Origin: Alphaproteobacteria bacterium
GTDB lineage: Bacteria > Pseudomonadota > Alphaproteobacteria > TMED109
DNA: 64,000 nt
Direction of reading: 5' to 3'
NCBI GenBank assembly: GCA_022819905.1
Contig: JAJEGJ010000052.1
Span: 23,272 to 87,271, forward strand
Shown here: positions 1 to 9,943 of the stretch, one piece after another
Numbering within the stretch: the stretch's first letter is position 1
Layout of the letters: each line of letters opens with the position of its first letter
The notes under the pieces: generated by a model
Databases searched by the model: none
Seen by the model: only the letters and a program-made list of their open reading frames with translations
Told to the model about the DNA's origin: nothing
Program-made: the position numbers and the translations under genes

Positions 1-1
1 G

Positions 2-151
2 CAGATCTGCCTGGATGTGCGCGTGACGCAGGAACGGGCCATTCGGCTGTACGAGGCGAACGGATACGAACGTTGGGGAACCCTGCCCGACTACCACCTC
101 GTTGACGGCAGGATGATCGCGGGGCACTTCTACCGAAAGAAGATCGCGTGA
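2..151 (+). CDS. GNAT-family N-acetyltransferase, C-terminal fragment (5' end outside window)
   Basis: Frame is open from the window edge to TGA 149-151. The tail ...RAIRLYEANGYERWGTLPDYHLVDGRMIAGHFYRKKIA looks like the C-terminal end of GNAT enzymes. The stop overlaps the hisA GTG start (GTGA). Confidence 0.55.
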   Translation, partial: QICLDVRVTQERAIRLYEANGYERWGTLPDYHLVDGRMIAGHFYRKKIA

Positions 152-873
152 ACCTCTATCCTGCGATCGATCTCAAGGACGGCAGGTGCGTGCGCCTGGA
201 ACGCGGAGACCCGGGCCGCGCGACCGTGTTCGGCGATGACCCGGCGGATCAGGCCCGGCGGTTCGAGGATGCGGGATGTACGTGGTTGCACGTCGTCGAC
301 CTGGACGGTGCATTCACGGGCGGGTCGCCGAACACGGAAGCGATCTCGGCGGTGCTGGAAGAGACCACCATGCGGGTCCAGCTCGGGGGGGGCATTCGTA
401 CCGCCGCCGCCGCGGCGGCCTGGCTGGATGCCGGGGTGGAGCGGATCGTGCTCGGGACCATCGCCGTGACCGATCCTGACGTCGCGCGCTCAATCTGCCG
501 GGCCCACCCGGGTCGAGTCGCCGTCGCGGCGGACGCGCGGGCCGGCCAGGTCGCCATCGAGGGCTGGGCCCAGACCACCGACGTCGACGTCGAAACGTTC
601 GCCGCCACCGTGTCCGACTTCGGAGCGGCTGCATTGATCCATACCGACATCTCCCGGGACGGCGTGCTGCAGGGCGTCAACGTCGCCGAGCTGCACCGCG
701 TCGCCAGGGCGAGCCCCATACCGGTCGTGGCATCCGGCGGCGTCACGACCGTGGGCGACCTGGAGCGGATCAAGGCGTTGGGCGACACCAACATCGAGGG
801 CGTGATCGTGGGGCGCGCGTTCTACGAGGGCCGCCTCGACGTGCAGCGGGCCGCCCGGCTACTGGCCGCCTGA
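148..873 (+). CDS. hisA: ProFAR isomerase (histidine biosynthesis)
   Basis: 241-aa ORF. MNLYPAIDLKDGRCVRL at the N-terminus, the VQLGGGIRT motif and the C-terminal VIVGRAFYEG are characteristic of HisA. GTG start. Confidence 0.93.
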   Translation: MNLYPAIDLKDGRCVRLERGDPGRATVFGDDPADQARRFEDAGCTWLHVVDLDGAFTGGSPNTEAISAVLEETTMRVQLGGGIRTAAAAAAWLDAGVERIVLGTIAVTDPDVARSICRAHPGRVAVAADARAGQVAIEGWAQTTDVDVETFAATVSDFGAAALIHTDISRDGVLQGVNVAELHRVARASPIPVVASGGVTTVGDLERIKALGDTNIEGVIVGRAFYEGRLDVQRAARLLAA

Positions 874-876
874 AGA

Positions 877-1659
877 GTGTTGAAGATCCGGATCATTCCC
901 TGCCTGGACGTGAAAAACGGCCGAGTCGTCAAGGGGACCAACTTCGTCAACCTCCAGGACGCGGGCGACCCGGTGGAGCAAGCGCAGGTCTACAACACCC
1001 AGGGCGCTGACGAACTCTGCTTTCTCGACATCACGGCCTCGCACGAGGATCGCGGCATCCTGCTGGATGTCGTGCGCCGGACAGCGGAACAGTGCTTCGT
1101 GCCGATGACGGTGGGGGGCGGCGTCCGGACCCTCGACGACATCCGCCGGCTCCTGTTGGCCGGCGCGGACAAGGTCTCGATCAACACCGCAGCCATCCGG
1201 GAACCGGAGCTGGTGGCCAGGGCTGCCGAGAAGTTCGGGTCCCAGTGCATCGTCGTCGCCATCGATGCCAAGCGCAGCGGTGACGGGTTCGAGATCTTCA
1301 CGCACGGCGGGCGACGCCCGACCGGTATCGACGCTGTACAGTGGGCGCGCCGGGTCACCGGCATGGGCGCCGGTGAAATCCTCCTCACCTCCATGGATCG
1401 GGACGGCACCCGGGACGGGTTCGACATCCAGCTCACCCGCGCTGTCAGCGATGCCGTCGATGTGCCCGTGATCGCTTCCGGCGGGGCCGGCAGCGCCGCC
1501 CATCTGGCGGAAGCCGTGCAGGCCGGCGGTGCGAGCGCTGTCCTCGCCGCTTCGATCTTCCATTACGGTGACACTGCGATTGCCGATGTCCGGCGCGCAC
1601 TCGGGGCGGAGGGCATTCCTGTGCGGCCGGAACCGCGATTGGCGGAGGAGCGAGCATGA
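877..1659 (+). CDS. hisF: Imidazole glycerol phosphate synthase, cyclase subunit
   Basis: 260-aa [32 protein letters not shown] and ASIFHYG are canonical HisF motifs. It starts 3 nt after hisA. Confidence 0.95.
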   Translation: MLKIRIIPCLDVKNGRVVKGTNFVNLQDAGDPVEQAQVYNTQGADELCFLDITASHEDRGILLDVVRRTAEQCFVPMTVGGGVRTLDDIRRLLLAGADKVSINTAAIREPELVARAAEKFGSQCIVVAIDAKRSGDGFEIFTHGGRRPTGIDAVQWARRVTGMGAGEILLTSMDRDGTRDGFDIQLTRAVSDAVDVPVIASGGAGSAAHLAEAVQAGGASAVLAASIFHYGDTAIADVRRALGAEGIPVRPEPRLAEERA

Positions 1660-2027
1660 GTCTGACGGACGCCGTGCGTTTCAACGAGGCCGGGCTCGTC
1701 CCGGTCGTCGCTCAGCAGCACGACACGGGTGAGGTGCTGATGCTGGCGTGGATGGATCGAGCCGCCATCGACGCCACGCTGGCCACCGGGCGCGTGACAT
1801 ATTTCTCGCGGAGCCGGCAGGCCGCATGGGTCAAGGGCGAAACTTCCGGACACGTCCAGCGGCTCATGGACCTCAGGGTGGACTGCGACGGTGACACGTT
1901 GCTGGCGCTGGTCGACCAAACAGGCCCGGCGTGCCACATGGGACGTCGGTCGTGCTTTTTCCGGGCATTTCGAGACGCCGCGGTGACCGACATTCGTCCC
2001 GCGGTGGAAGGCAAGGCCGATGGCTGA
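1656..2027 (+). CDS. hisI: Phosphoribosyl-AMP cyclohydrolase
   Basis: 123-aa [23 protein letters not shown]...[18 protein letters not shown]...VDCDGDTLL...[13 protein letters not shown] is a HisI signature. The ATGA overlaps the hisF stop. Confidence 0.92.
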   Translation: MSLTDAVRFNEAGLVPVVAQQHDTGEVLMLAWMDRAAIDATLATGRVTYFSRSRQAAWVKGETSGHVQRLMDLRVDCDGDTLLALVDQTGPACHMGRRSCFFRAFRDAAVTDIRPAVEGKADG

Positions 2028-2391
2028 CCAACCCGCAACACTGGCGTCCGCTCTCGACGACCTGTGGACGGTCATCGGTGCGCGAGCCCGGGCAGCCGAC
2101 CCCCAGTCCTCGTACACCGCCCGCCTGCTTGCGGGCGACGTGGAGCGGGTGGCGCAAAAGGTCGGCGAGGAAGCTACCGAGACGGTCATCGCCGGCGTCC
2201 GCCGGGACCCGAACGCGCTCGTAAACGAGAGCGCGGACCTTCTCTACCATCTGCTGGTGCTTTGGCAGGCCGCCGGGGTGGAACCGGGAGCGGTAGCGGC
2301 CGAACTCGCCAAGCGCGCCCAGGGATCGTCCCGTGGCCGGACGGGCCGGCGCGGTCAGGAGGACCGCCCCACATCCGGAGGGGAAGGCTGA
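2020..2391 (+). CDS. hisE: Phosphoribosyl-ATP pyrophosphatase with a short Arg/Gly-rich C-terminal tail
   Basis: 123-aa [12 protein letters not shown]...[15 protein letters not shown]...[13 protein letters not shown] is a HisE signature. It overlaps the hisI end by 8 nt. Confidence 0.88.
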   Translation: MADQPATLASALDDLWTVIGARARAADPQSSYTARLLAGDVERVAQKVGEEATETVIAGVRRDPNALVNESADLLYHLLVLWQAAGVEPGAVAAELAKRAQGSSRGRTGRRGQEDRPTSGGEG

Positions 2392-2774
2392 TGGCCTCGA
2401 CGGAGCACGCCTACGACGACAGCAATGTCTTCGCGCGCATCGTTCGGGGAGAACTCCCCTGCGACAAGGTCTTCGAGGACGAACACACGCTGGCGTTTCG
2501 CGACATCCAGCCGCAGACGCGCGTTCACATCCTCGTCATCCCGAAAGGACATTACGTGTCGATGGCCGACTTTTCGGCTCGCGCGACGGGGCCGGAAATC
2601 GAATCCCTGGTCCGGGCGGTCGGCCGGGTCGCGCGCGACGCAGGTGTCGAGGCTGACGGCTACCGGTTTCTCTCGAACCACGGCGAACACGCCTTTCAGG
2701 AAGTGCCGCACTTCCATGTGCACGTGTTCGGCGGCGAGCCGCTCGGCCGGATGATCAAGCCGCCAAGGGCATGA
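2391..2774 (+). CDS. HIT-family (histidine triad) nucleotide hydrolase
   Basis: The internal ATG at 2391 shares 1 nt with the hisE TGA. NVFARIVRGELPCDKVFEDEHTLAFRDIQPQTRVHILVIPK and the histidine triad HFHVHVFGG are present. The upstream part of track ORF 2064..2774 lies out of frame over hisE. Confidence 0.88.
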   Translation: MASTEHAYDDSNVFARIVRGELPCDKVFEDEHTLAFRDIQPQTRVHILVIPKGHYVSMADFSARATGPEIESLVRAVGRVARDAGVEADGYRFLSNHGEHAFQEVPHFHVHVFGGEPLGRMIKPPRA

Positions 2775-3038
2775 GCGCCCTGACCTGATCCGGGGGCTCA
2801 ACTCCGGCGCGCGTCTTGGCAGCGGCGATGTCGACCGAGGGTCCTGCCACGGCGTCGCGAACCCTGGCGCCATCCTCGCGCTTCAACTCGAGGCGCGGTC
2901 AACACCGACGGGCAACCGTTCGCGGCAAAGAGGGTGACCGGCGCCGATCCCCCTGGCCAGGGCTGTTGCCGGTACGGCAGATGATGCCGGGTACACGCGC
3001 CCCGGATGCCGCACCGGCAACGGGAATCCCGAAGGCGC

Positions 3039-4550
3039 CTACCGGGTGCGTTCCAGCCCCTGGACGGACCGGGTGCGGTTCGGCGTGCGCGCCAATGCCT
3101 TGCTGAACTGCGCCGCTGCGGCTTCCATCCGGCCCTGCGCCAGCAGGAACTCGCCGTACATCTCGAACGCCGGTTGCATCGGAATCGGCGGACCGGACGG
3201 GGCGTTCAGATCGCCCTCGAGATCGGTCGCCTCGACGAGGAACGCTTCGGCGGTGGCGGTGTCGCCTCGCGCCAACGCGATCGCGGCTTCCAGCTGCTTT
3301 TCCTCCACCGCGATGATCCTGGCGCGGTAGGCTGTCGAGGTATCGCGCTGGAGGCGTTCGTAGGCGCGCCTGATGTTGGCGAGCGCCGTTTCCGCCGCCG
3401 CCAGGTTGCCGGTGTGCGCCGCACTCAGGCCCGCAGCCAACTGCACAGCCGAGTGGTTTCGTGCGGCACTGGGCACGATGTCATGGTCAAACTCCGACCA
3501 GCTTTGCCGTTCCAGGGTGTGGCGGGCGAGGATGTTCAACGTGCCGCTTCGGACCCCTGCAGTCGGGAACCGGGCCAACGTCCGAAGCGCCTCGTCGAGC
3601 GCCCATTGCGCCCCGTCGTCATTGCCCAGTTGCAGCTGCCCGTAGTGGTACCACTGCAGCGCGTGGTACTCGGATCGGCCGCGCGCGATGCCCTTGCGCT
3701 CGATGTGGCCGAGCGCCGCCTCGTAGGAGGCCTCGTTCGAGGCCACGACGCCTTCCCACATCCCGAGCTGGACGAAGATGTGCGACGGCATGTGCAGCGC
3801 GTGAGGCGCGTCCGGCGCGATCTCGGCGTAGGCCTTGGCCGCGGGCAGTGCCAGGATGGCGTGCTCCGGATCGTCGAAGGCGTGAATGATGAAATGGGCC
3901 GCCCCCGGATGCCGGGGATTGCGCGCGAACACCGCCAGCGCGATAGCCCCGGCCCGCATTTGCCGGGCGAAACCTCGGTCACCGGGGCGAACGGTGCCAA
4001 GCAGCGAGACCGCATACAGCGTGGCGATCTCGTCGTCGTCGGGGAACTCCTCGTGGAGGCGTTGCATCGCCTCGGAATAGGCGATGTCCCTGGAGAGCTT
4101 GTCGCCGTCACCGTAGAGAAGCTCCACCGCTGCCATGAGCCCCCGCTCGCGCCCGGGCGGCAGGGCTTGCGAGCGCAGCTGCGGTGTCGCCCCGTACCTG
4201 GCCAGCGTCGCGCGGGCGGCATCCCTGTCCTGTTCGGCCCAGAGCGGTGCGTTGTAGCTGAGGGCCTCCCCCCAGTAGGCCAGACCAAAACCCGGGTCGA
4301 CGGATTGCGCCTCGCGAAAGGCTTCGCGCGCGTCCTCGAACTCGAAGCTGTGGAACGCCTTCATCCCGCTGAGGAAGGCGGGCTGCGCCTCGGGTGCGCC
4401 GGAGTTCGGAAAATCGATACTGCCGAGGTTCGCGGACAGGTTGTCGGCGGCTGTCGCCACGGGGACGGCCGCGTGCAGCACGCTCGAACCCACCACGAGA
4501 CCGGCGACCGACAAGAACGTCCGGATGCATTGGGCATTGGCGATGGTCAT
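3039..4550 (-). CDS. Secreted TPR-like helical-repeat protein (TTC38-like), function unknown
   Basis: 503-aa ORF with a strong RBS (GAGGGAGG 6 nt upstream of the ATG). It has an N-terminal signal-like segment (LSVAGLVVGSSVLHAAVPVATAA) and Ala/Leu-rich helical repeats. Confidence 0.75.
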   Translation of the reverse strand: MTIANAQCIRTFLSVAGLVVGSSVLHAAVPVATAADNLSANLGSIDFPNSGAPEAQPAFLSGMKAFHSFEFEDAREAFREAQSVDPGFGLAYWGEALSYNAPLWAEQDRDAARATLARYGATPQLRSQALPPGRERGLMAAVELLYGDGDKLSRDIAYSEAMQRLHEEFPDDDEIATLYAVSLLGTVRPGDRGFARQMRAGAIALAVFARNPRHPGAAHFIIHAFDDPEHAILALPAAKAYAEIAPDAPHALHMPSHIFVQLGMWEGVVASNEASYEAALGHIERKGIARGRSEYHALQWYHYGQLQLGNDDGAQWALDEALRTLARFPTAGVRSGTLNILARHTLERQSWSEFDHDIVPSAARNHSAVQLAAGLSAAHTGNLAAAETALANIRRAYERLQRDTSTAYRARIIAVEEKQLEAAIALARGDTATAEAFLVEATDLEGDLNAPSGPPIPMQPAFEMYGEFLLAQGRMEAAAAQFSKALARTPNRTRSVQGLERTR

Positions 4551-4957
4551 GGCATGCCTCCCTCGCTAGTGGTTGGGATGCAGTCCTCGTCGACTGTTCC
4601 GGCCGACAGTCTAGGCGGCCATGGGAGCCGCTAGGGCGGTCCCGGCGTGCCTTCCCGTCAGCGGGTCGCGGCACCGCAGCTGCCACGAACACCGGCCGGT
4701 TCCATGCCGACGGGGGCATGCCCCGTGTTCGGGCTGGCAACGGGCGCGTTCCCCGACCAGAATCCGACAGCGGTGCGAGGGCCCTGATCCGCAGGGCGTG
4801 AGCCGTCCGGATACGCGCCGGTCGAGCGCGGCCTCCCGCGCATTCGGCACATCGACCGTGGTCCGGCCGGCAATGTGTGCTGCCGAAACGGCAAAGCTCC
4901 GCCCGATGACACCAGCGTTCGTCAATGACGACGACGCGCAGGCCGTCGGCATCTGCC

Positions 4958-5914
4958 TCAACCCGCGTTCCGCGCTGCCCTTCGGGCCGAAACCGCGTCC
5001 CAAAAACAGGCTCCGACGCTGATCCCGTCAAACCGTTCGATGGCCGGAATCCCGGTGGGTGACGTCACGTTGATCTCCGTGATGCGTCCCCCGATCACAT
5101 CGATCCCGGCCAGCAGCAGGCCCCGGCGCCGCAATTCCGGCCCAATTGCGCTGCAAATTTCGCGGTCCCGGTCACCGAGCACTGCCGGTCGCGCCGAGCC
5201 GCCGGCCACCAGGTTGGACCGGATGTCCCCCGGCTTCGGAATCCGGTCGATCGCGCCGACCGGCTCGCCTTCCACCAGAATGATTCGGCGATCGCCCTCC
5301 TCGGTCACGCTTGGCACGTACTGCTGCACGATGACGGGCTCGGCGCCGCCCAGGAGACCCAGCACCGGCTCCAGGTTCGGATCCCCTTCCGACAGCAGGA
5401 ACACCCCGTTCCCGCCGTGACCGTACAAGGGCTTGACGACCGCCTGCCCGAATTCCGCCTGGAACGCGACGACCTCTTCCGGACGGCTGGCTACCAGCGT
5501 GGGCGGCATCCATTCGGCGAAACGGAGCACGAGGACCTTCTCAGGTGAATCGCGAATGCCCTGCGGGTCGTTCACCACGAGCGTGCTGGCGGGCAAGAGC
5601 TCGAGGAGATGAGTCGTCGTCACGTACCCCATGTCGAACGGCGGGTCCTGACGAATCAGCACGACGTCGAAGTCGGCCAGGTCGACGGCCTCCAACTCGC
5701 CTTCATCGACGTGATTGCCCGGTTCGCGGCGAAGCGCCTCCACCCGCCGTCCCGTGGCCCGCAAGCGGCCCGGGCGCCACGTCAGGGTGTCGGGCTGGTA
5801 CGTAAACAGCTCGTGCCCACGCGCAATCGCCTCCAGCGCCAGCACGAACGTACTGTCCGACGGCAGATGGATGGATCCGATCGGATCCATCTGGATGGCC
5901 ACACGAATGGGCAT
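4958..5914 (-). CDS. gshB: Glutathione synthetase
   Basis: 318-aa ORF. IRQDPPFDMGYVTTTHLLE...VVKPLYGHGGNGVF...GDIRSNLVAGG...GIDVIGGRITEINVTSPTG matches the ATP-grasp GshB pattern. Confidence 0.92.
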   Translation of the reverse strand: MPIRVAIQMDPIGSIHLPSDSTFVLALEAIARGHELFTYQPDTLTWRPGRLRATGRRVEALRREPGNHVDEGELEAVDLADFDVVLIRQDPPFDMGYVTTTHLLELLPASTLVVNDPQGIRDSPEKVLVLRFAEWMPPTLVASRPEEVVAFQAEFGQAVVKPLYGHGGNGVFLLSEGDPNLEPVLGLLGGAEPVIVQQYVPSVTEEGDRRIILVEGEPVGAIDRIPKPGDIRSNLVAGGSARPAVLGDRDREICSAIGPELRRRGLLLAGIDVIGGRITEINVTSPTGIPAIERFDGISVGACFWDAVSARRAARNAG

Positions 5915-5947
5915 GAAGGTTCCGGCCGGATCGATGCGGCGGCGAGT

Positions 5948-6580
5948 CTACTCGGAGGAATCAGGCAGCCGGCGCGGATCGTCGCGCAAAATGATGTAAC
6001 TGACGACCTTCTCAACGCCCTTCACGTGGCGAGCCACATCGGTGACCTGTTGGATCTCCGCCTGGTTCTCGGCGATGCCGACGAGGTACACCACCGCGTT
6101 GTGCGTGGTCGTCCAGAAATCGATCTGTCCCGAGCCGAGCGCCGCCACCAGACGGGCACGGATCTCGGTGGAGATCCACGTGTCGTTCAGTCGCTTTGTG
6201 ACCGCATAAGCCGGGCCCAATTGGATCTCGTTCAAAACTTCGACGACCCCTTCGGTCTCCTTCGCGAGTTCCACGGCGGTGGTCCGGAGATCATCGGTTT
6301 CGACGGTTCCGGTAAGCAGGATCCGGCCTTCCACGACCAGCACGCTGATACTGAGGAAGAGATCATCGAACTGGGTCTGCAGGTACTTGCTCCGCAGTTC
6401 CGATGCGATCGCGATGTCACGCGCGCCGCGCTCAAGCGGGCGCTCCTGGGCTACCGCCATCCCCGTGACACTGCCCCCGCCCAGGACAAGGCCGGCACAC
6501 CCCGGCAGCAATGTCAGGCACGCCATGCCGAGAGTGAGGTAGAGGATGCGACCATGAAAGGTGAGAAGTGCAGGTTGCAT
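5948..6580 (-). CDS. BON-domain lipoprotein (OsmY/YraP-like)
   Basis: The internal ATG at 6580 gives 210 aa. It has a lipobox (LTLLPGC) followed by two BON-like segments (ISVLVVEGRILLTGTV, TTTHNAVVYLVGIA). The upstream part of track ORF 5948..6895 has no protein-like character. Confidence 0.78.
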   Translation of the reverse strand: MQPALLTFHGRILYLTLGMACLTLLPGCAGLVLGGGSVTGMAVAQERPLERGARDIAIASELRSKYLQTQFDDLFLSISVLVVEGRILLTGTVETDDLRTTAVELAKETEGVVEVLNEIQLGPAYAVTKRLNDTWISTEIRARLVAALGSGQIDFWTTTHNAVVYLVGIAENQAEIQQVTDVARHVKGVEKVVSYIILRDDPRRLPDSSE

Positions 6581-6819
6581 GGGACTTCGGTTCCAACGCC
6601 ATAGGCGAACGCCACCATAGAAATAGCCTGCTCCGGAGCCTGCGGAAAGCTCCGGACGATTCCTTCGGGCGATATACTCGCAGCGTGCAAGGCAATCGTT
6701 CTCCAGACGGGTCGTTTCACGCCATGCGTGCACCTGCGGGCCACGGGGGATGGCCGCGGCTGGTCGACCTGGTCCGCGCACGCCTCCGGCGGCTCCCGAC
6801 AGCCGGGATTCCCGGCATC

Positions 6820-8178
6820 GTGCATCGACGCATCGGGCCCGTCGCAGCGTCCATGTTGATTGTCGCCGGCTGCGTGAGCGCGTGCGGGCCTTCATCGGAC
6901 GGCGGACCCGCGCCGGTCGAACCGGGGGTGAGCTCGGACGTACAGGAAGTCCCGGAACCGGCCGAGGGGGCGCAGGGCGGCGGCGCGCAGGAAGAGCCGA
7001 CGACGGACGTCAGCGAGTCGGATCCTGCAGCACCGGATGCCATCCAGGTGGCGGGCATTCCACCTGCCGATGAGGATGCGTCGACGACCGCCACGGGAGC
7101 GGGAGCGCCGCCACAGGATGTTGCCCCCGGACCCATCGCTCGGGACGCCGTGTTGCGGGTCGGGGTACTGCTCCCGCTGTCCGGTGCCTACGCCGCAACC
7201 GGACGCGAGTTGTTCCAGGCGGTGGAAATGGCCCTGTTCGAAGTTGACGCCGATCGTGTCGAGCTCCTCCCCAGGGATACCGCGAGTGACGCCGAGATCG
7301 CGCGCGCGGCATTTCTCGAACTGGCTGCCGAAGGAGCCAGCCTCGTTATCGGCCCCCTCTTCGCCTGGACCACAGGGGCGGTGGTCCCGGAAGCCGTGAA
7401 TCGTGGCATTCCGGTCCTGGGGCTCAGCAACGACATCTCCGTCGCTGAACGGGAAGCGTGGATGCTCGGCGTGCACCCGCGGGGAGAGGTTCACCGAATT
7501 CTCGGGCATGCGATCGAGGAACCGGGTCAACGGGTCGGCCTGATCGTTCCCGAATCGGAGTATGGCGCTGCCGTGGCCGAGGCCTACCAGCTGGCGGTAC
7601 CGCCCCGGAACCGATCCGCTCTCATCCGCTACAACGACGACAGCGAACCGAGCGACGTCGCGCAGCAGTTCGTCGATACGGTCACGGGCTCGGCCAACCG
7701 GCCCGGTGATGCGATCCTGATTGCCGCCCGCGGGAACGCGCTCAGGGCCATCGCGGCCGAACTGGCCTACCGGGACGTCGCGCCGGACCAGGTTCGCTAC
7801 CTGGGCCTCTCGAGCTGGCGCACCTCCGACCTTCAGGGCGAGCCCGCCCTGGAGGGAGGGCGGTTCGCGGATCTGTCCGACGAAGCCTTCCGGCAATTCG
7901 CGGAACGATTCCGGCGCATCTACGGGACATCGCCATCGCGCACCGCCGCCCTGGCGTACGACGCATCGGCCGTCGCCGCGAATCTGGCGGGTGTCGAGCC
8001 CGGCACCCGGATCGCCAGGCTGCAGACACCGCAGGGATTTCGGGGACTGCTCGGCGCCTTCCGGCTGCTGACCGACGGGGCAGTGGAACGCGGCCTCAAC
8101 GTGTACGAGGTCAGGCGGGACGGATACTCGCTGCTGGAGCGGGCCCCGGCCCGGTTCGCGCCGGCACCGCAGGGCTGA
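6820..8178 (+). CDS. LpoA-like penicillin-binding protein activator / type-1 periplasmic-binding-fold lipoprotein
   Basis: A GTG at 6820 gives MHRRIGPVAASMLIVAGC, a clean lipoprotein signal. The in-frame ATG at 6724 is an alternative start. An acidic low-complexity linker is followed by a Leu/Ile/Val-binding-protein-like fold (RVGVLLPLSGAYAATG). Confidence 0.7.
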   Translation: MHRRIGPVAASMLIVAGCVSACGPSSDGGPAPVEPGVSSDVQEVPEPAEGAQGGGAQEEPTTDVSESDPAAPDAIQVAGIPPADEDASTTATGAGAPPQDVAPGPIARDAVLRVGVLLPLSGAYAATGRELFQAVEMALFEVDADRVELLPRDTASDAEIARAAFLELAAEGASLVIGPLFAWTTGAVVPEAVNRGIPVLGLSNDISVAEREAWMLGVHPRGEVHRILGHAIEEPGQRVGLIVPESEYGAAVAEAYQLAVPPRNRSALIRYNDDSEPSDVAQQFVDTVTGSANRPGDAILIAARGNALRAIAAELAYRDVAPDQVRYLGLSSWRTSDLQGEPALEGGRFADLSDEAFRQFAERFRRIYGTSPSRTAALAYDASAVAANLAGVEPGTRIARLQTPQGFRGLLGAFRLLTDGAVERGLNVYEVRRDGYSLLERAPARFAPAPQG

Positions 8179-8180
8179 GC

Positions 8181-9347
8181 TCAGGCAACGACGTCCTCGA
8201 TCAGGGCATCCAGGACCCGAATTCCGGCGGGCGTGACCCGGACCCCGGCCCGGTCGGCGAGCATCAGCCCGGCATCCTGGGCCCGACGCAGCGCTTCCGG
8301 CCGAAGCGCCTGGTCAAGCGCCAGTGCGGTCCGTTCGGTGAATGCTGCGCGGCTGACCCCTTCGACCATGCGGAGACCCATCATCAGCATCTCGCGACCC
8401 GCAGTGGCAGCCGGGATGCGTTCGGTGGTTTCCGTGCCGTGTCCGCACGCTTCGACGGCCCGCAACCAGGCCTCCGGCTTTCGGATCCTGGCGTGTCCGC
8501 CCACGCCGGACTCGCCCCGCAACCGCCCGTGCGCACCCGGGCCGACGCCGACGTAGTCGCCGTAGCGCCAGTAGGTGAGGTTGTGCCGGGACTCCGCCCC
8601 TGGCCGGGCATGATTCGACACCTCGTAGCGCGGCAGGCAGACCGCGGCCAGGGTGTCGGAGGTAATGTCGAACAACTCCGCGAGCACCCGTTCTTCCGGC
8701 AGGCGCAGTCGACCCGCCGCGGCCAGCACGTGAAACGGCGTGCCCCGCTCGATCGTCAGCTGGTAACAGGAAAGATGCTCGCCCGCCAGGGCAATCGCAT
8801 CGCCCAGTTCCGTTCGCCAGGACGACGCATCGTGGCCGGGGCGGCCGTATATGAGATCAAACGAGAACCGCGGAAAGGTCGCCCCGGCCGTCTCCACGGC
8901 ACGCCGGGCCTCGGCAGCCGTGTGGCCCCGGCCCAACTGCCGCAGCGCGTCGTCGTCCAGTGACTGCACGCCGATCGAGACACGGTTCACGCCGGCATCG
9001 CGGAACGCCTCGAACCGCCGCACCTCGACGGAGTTCGGATTAGCCTCGAGCGTGATCTCGGCAGCGTCCGCCAAGGGCCAGGCGGCCGACGCGGCCGCCA
9101 GCACCCCGTGCGTGACCTCCGGGGGCATCAGTGAGGGCGTCCCGCCGCCGAAGAACACGCTCACCAGCGTCCCGGGCCCGCTCAGGCGGCGACTGTGCCG
9201 GATCTCGGCCTCGTATGCCCGCAGCCAGCGGTCGCCATCCACCCGGTGGCGCGGGACATGCGCATTGAAGTCGCAATAAGGGCAGCGCGACCGGCAATAC
9301 GGCCAGTGCACGTAGAGCGCGATGGGCCGCGCTAGGTCCGAAAGCAC
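8181..9347 (-). CDS. hemW: Radical SAM heme chaperone HemW (HemN-like, oxygen-independent coproporphyrinogen oxidase family)
   Basis: 388-aa ORF with a GTG start. YVHWPYCRSRCPYCDFN contains the CxxxCxxC radical-SAM cluster, and FFGGGTPS is also present. Confidence 0.9.
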   Translation of the reverse strand: MLSDLARPIALYVHWPYCRSRCPYCDFNAHVPRHRVDGDRWLRAYEAEIRHSRRLSGPGTLVSVFFGGGTPSLMPPEVTHGVLAAASAAWPLADAAEITLEANPNSVEVRRFEAFRDAGVNRVSIGVQSLDDDALRQLGRGHTAAEARRAVETAGATFPRFSFDLIYGRPGHDASSWRTELGDAIALAGEHLSCYQLTIERGTPFHVLAAAGRLRLPEERVLAELFDITSDTLAAVCLPRYEVSNHARPGAESRHNLTYWRYGDYVGVGPGAHGRLRGESGVGGHARIRKPEAWLRAVEACGHGTETTERIPAATAGREMLMMGLRMVEGVSRAAFTERTALALDQALRPEALRRAQDAGLMLADRAGVRVTPAGIRVLDALIEDVVA

Positions 9348-9943
9348 GCCGCGACCAGCTTCCGAAACGCGTCTGCCCGGTGACTGCGCCCGGACTTTTC
9401 GGCCGGATCCATTTCCCCGAAGGTGCGGTCGTCGCCGGCGGGGACGAAGATCGGGTCGTAACCGAAGCCGAGTCCGCCGCGCGGCGGGAAGACCAGCCTT
9501 CCCTCGACGATTCCCTCGACCGTACGGGTCACCCCATCCGGCCAGGCGAGGGCGAGGGCGCAGTGGAACGCCGCCCGACGGTCAGGGTTCCCCCGGAGCC
9601 GCTCGTCCAGCAGCGCCATGGCCTCGGGAAACCCGCCTGCCTCCTCGGCCCACCGCGCCGAATGGATACCCGGGGCGCCATCCAGCGCCGCCACCGCGAG
9701 ACCGCTGTCGTCGGCGAGCGCAGGCAGGCCCGCGGCGGTCGCGGCCGCCTCGGCCTTGATGATCGCATTCGCCGCGAACGTCGTGCCCGTTTCATCAGGC
9801 AGCACATCGGTGAACTCTCCGAGCTGACGCACGTCCACATCGAACGGAGCGAGCAGATCGGCGATCTCGACCGCCTTGCCGGGATTTCCGGTCGCCACGA
9901 CGAGGCCCCCGCCTGACCACTGGCGCGGCGCGGCCGGCTTCAC
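9332..9943 (-). CDS. rdgB: Non-canonical purine NTP pyrophosphatase (dITP/XTP)
   Basis: The GTG at 9943 overlaps the rph stop (GTGA) and gives 203 aa. [13 protein letters not shown]...DDSGLAV...APGIHSARW...GFGYDPIF is the RdgB/HAM1 signature. Confidence 0.9.
   Translation of the reverse strand: MKPAAPRQWSGGGLVVATGNPGKAVEIADLLAPFDVDVRQLGEFTDVLPDETGTTFAANAIIKAEAAATAAGLPALADDSGLAVAALDGAPGIHSARWAEEAGGFPEAMALLDERLRGNPDRRAAFHCALALAWPDGVTRTVEGIVEGRLVFPPRGGLGFGYDPIFVPAGDDRTFGEMDPAEKSGRSHRADAFRKLVAACFRT

Noticed and set aside
385-393. G8 homopolymer inside hisA
   Set aside because: It encodes the conserved GGG of the LGGGIR motif in frame. There is no sign of frameshift or phase variation.
3006-4634. 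542-aa plus-strand ORF overlapping the TPR-like gene
   Set aside because: It is the antisense shadow of a minus-strand gene that has a strong RBS, a signal peptide and natural amino-acid composition. The plus-strand translation is Arg/Gly/Pro-rich junk.
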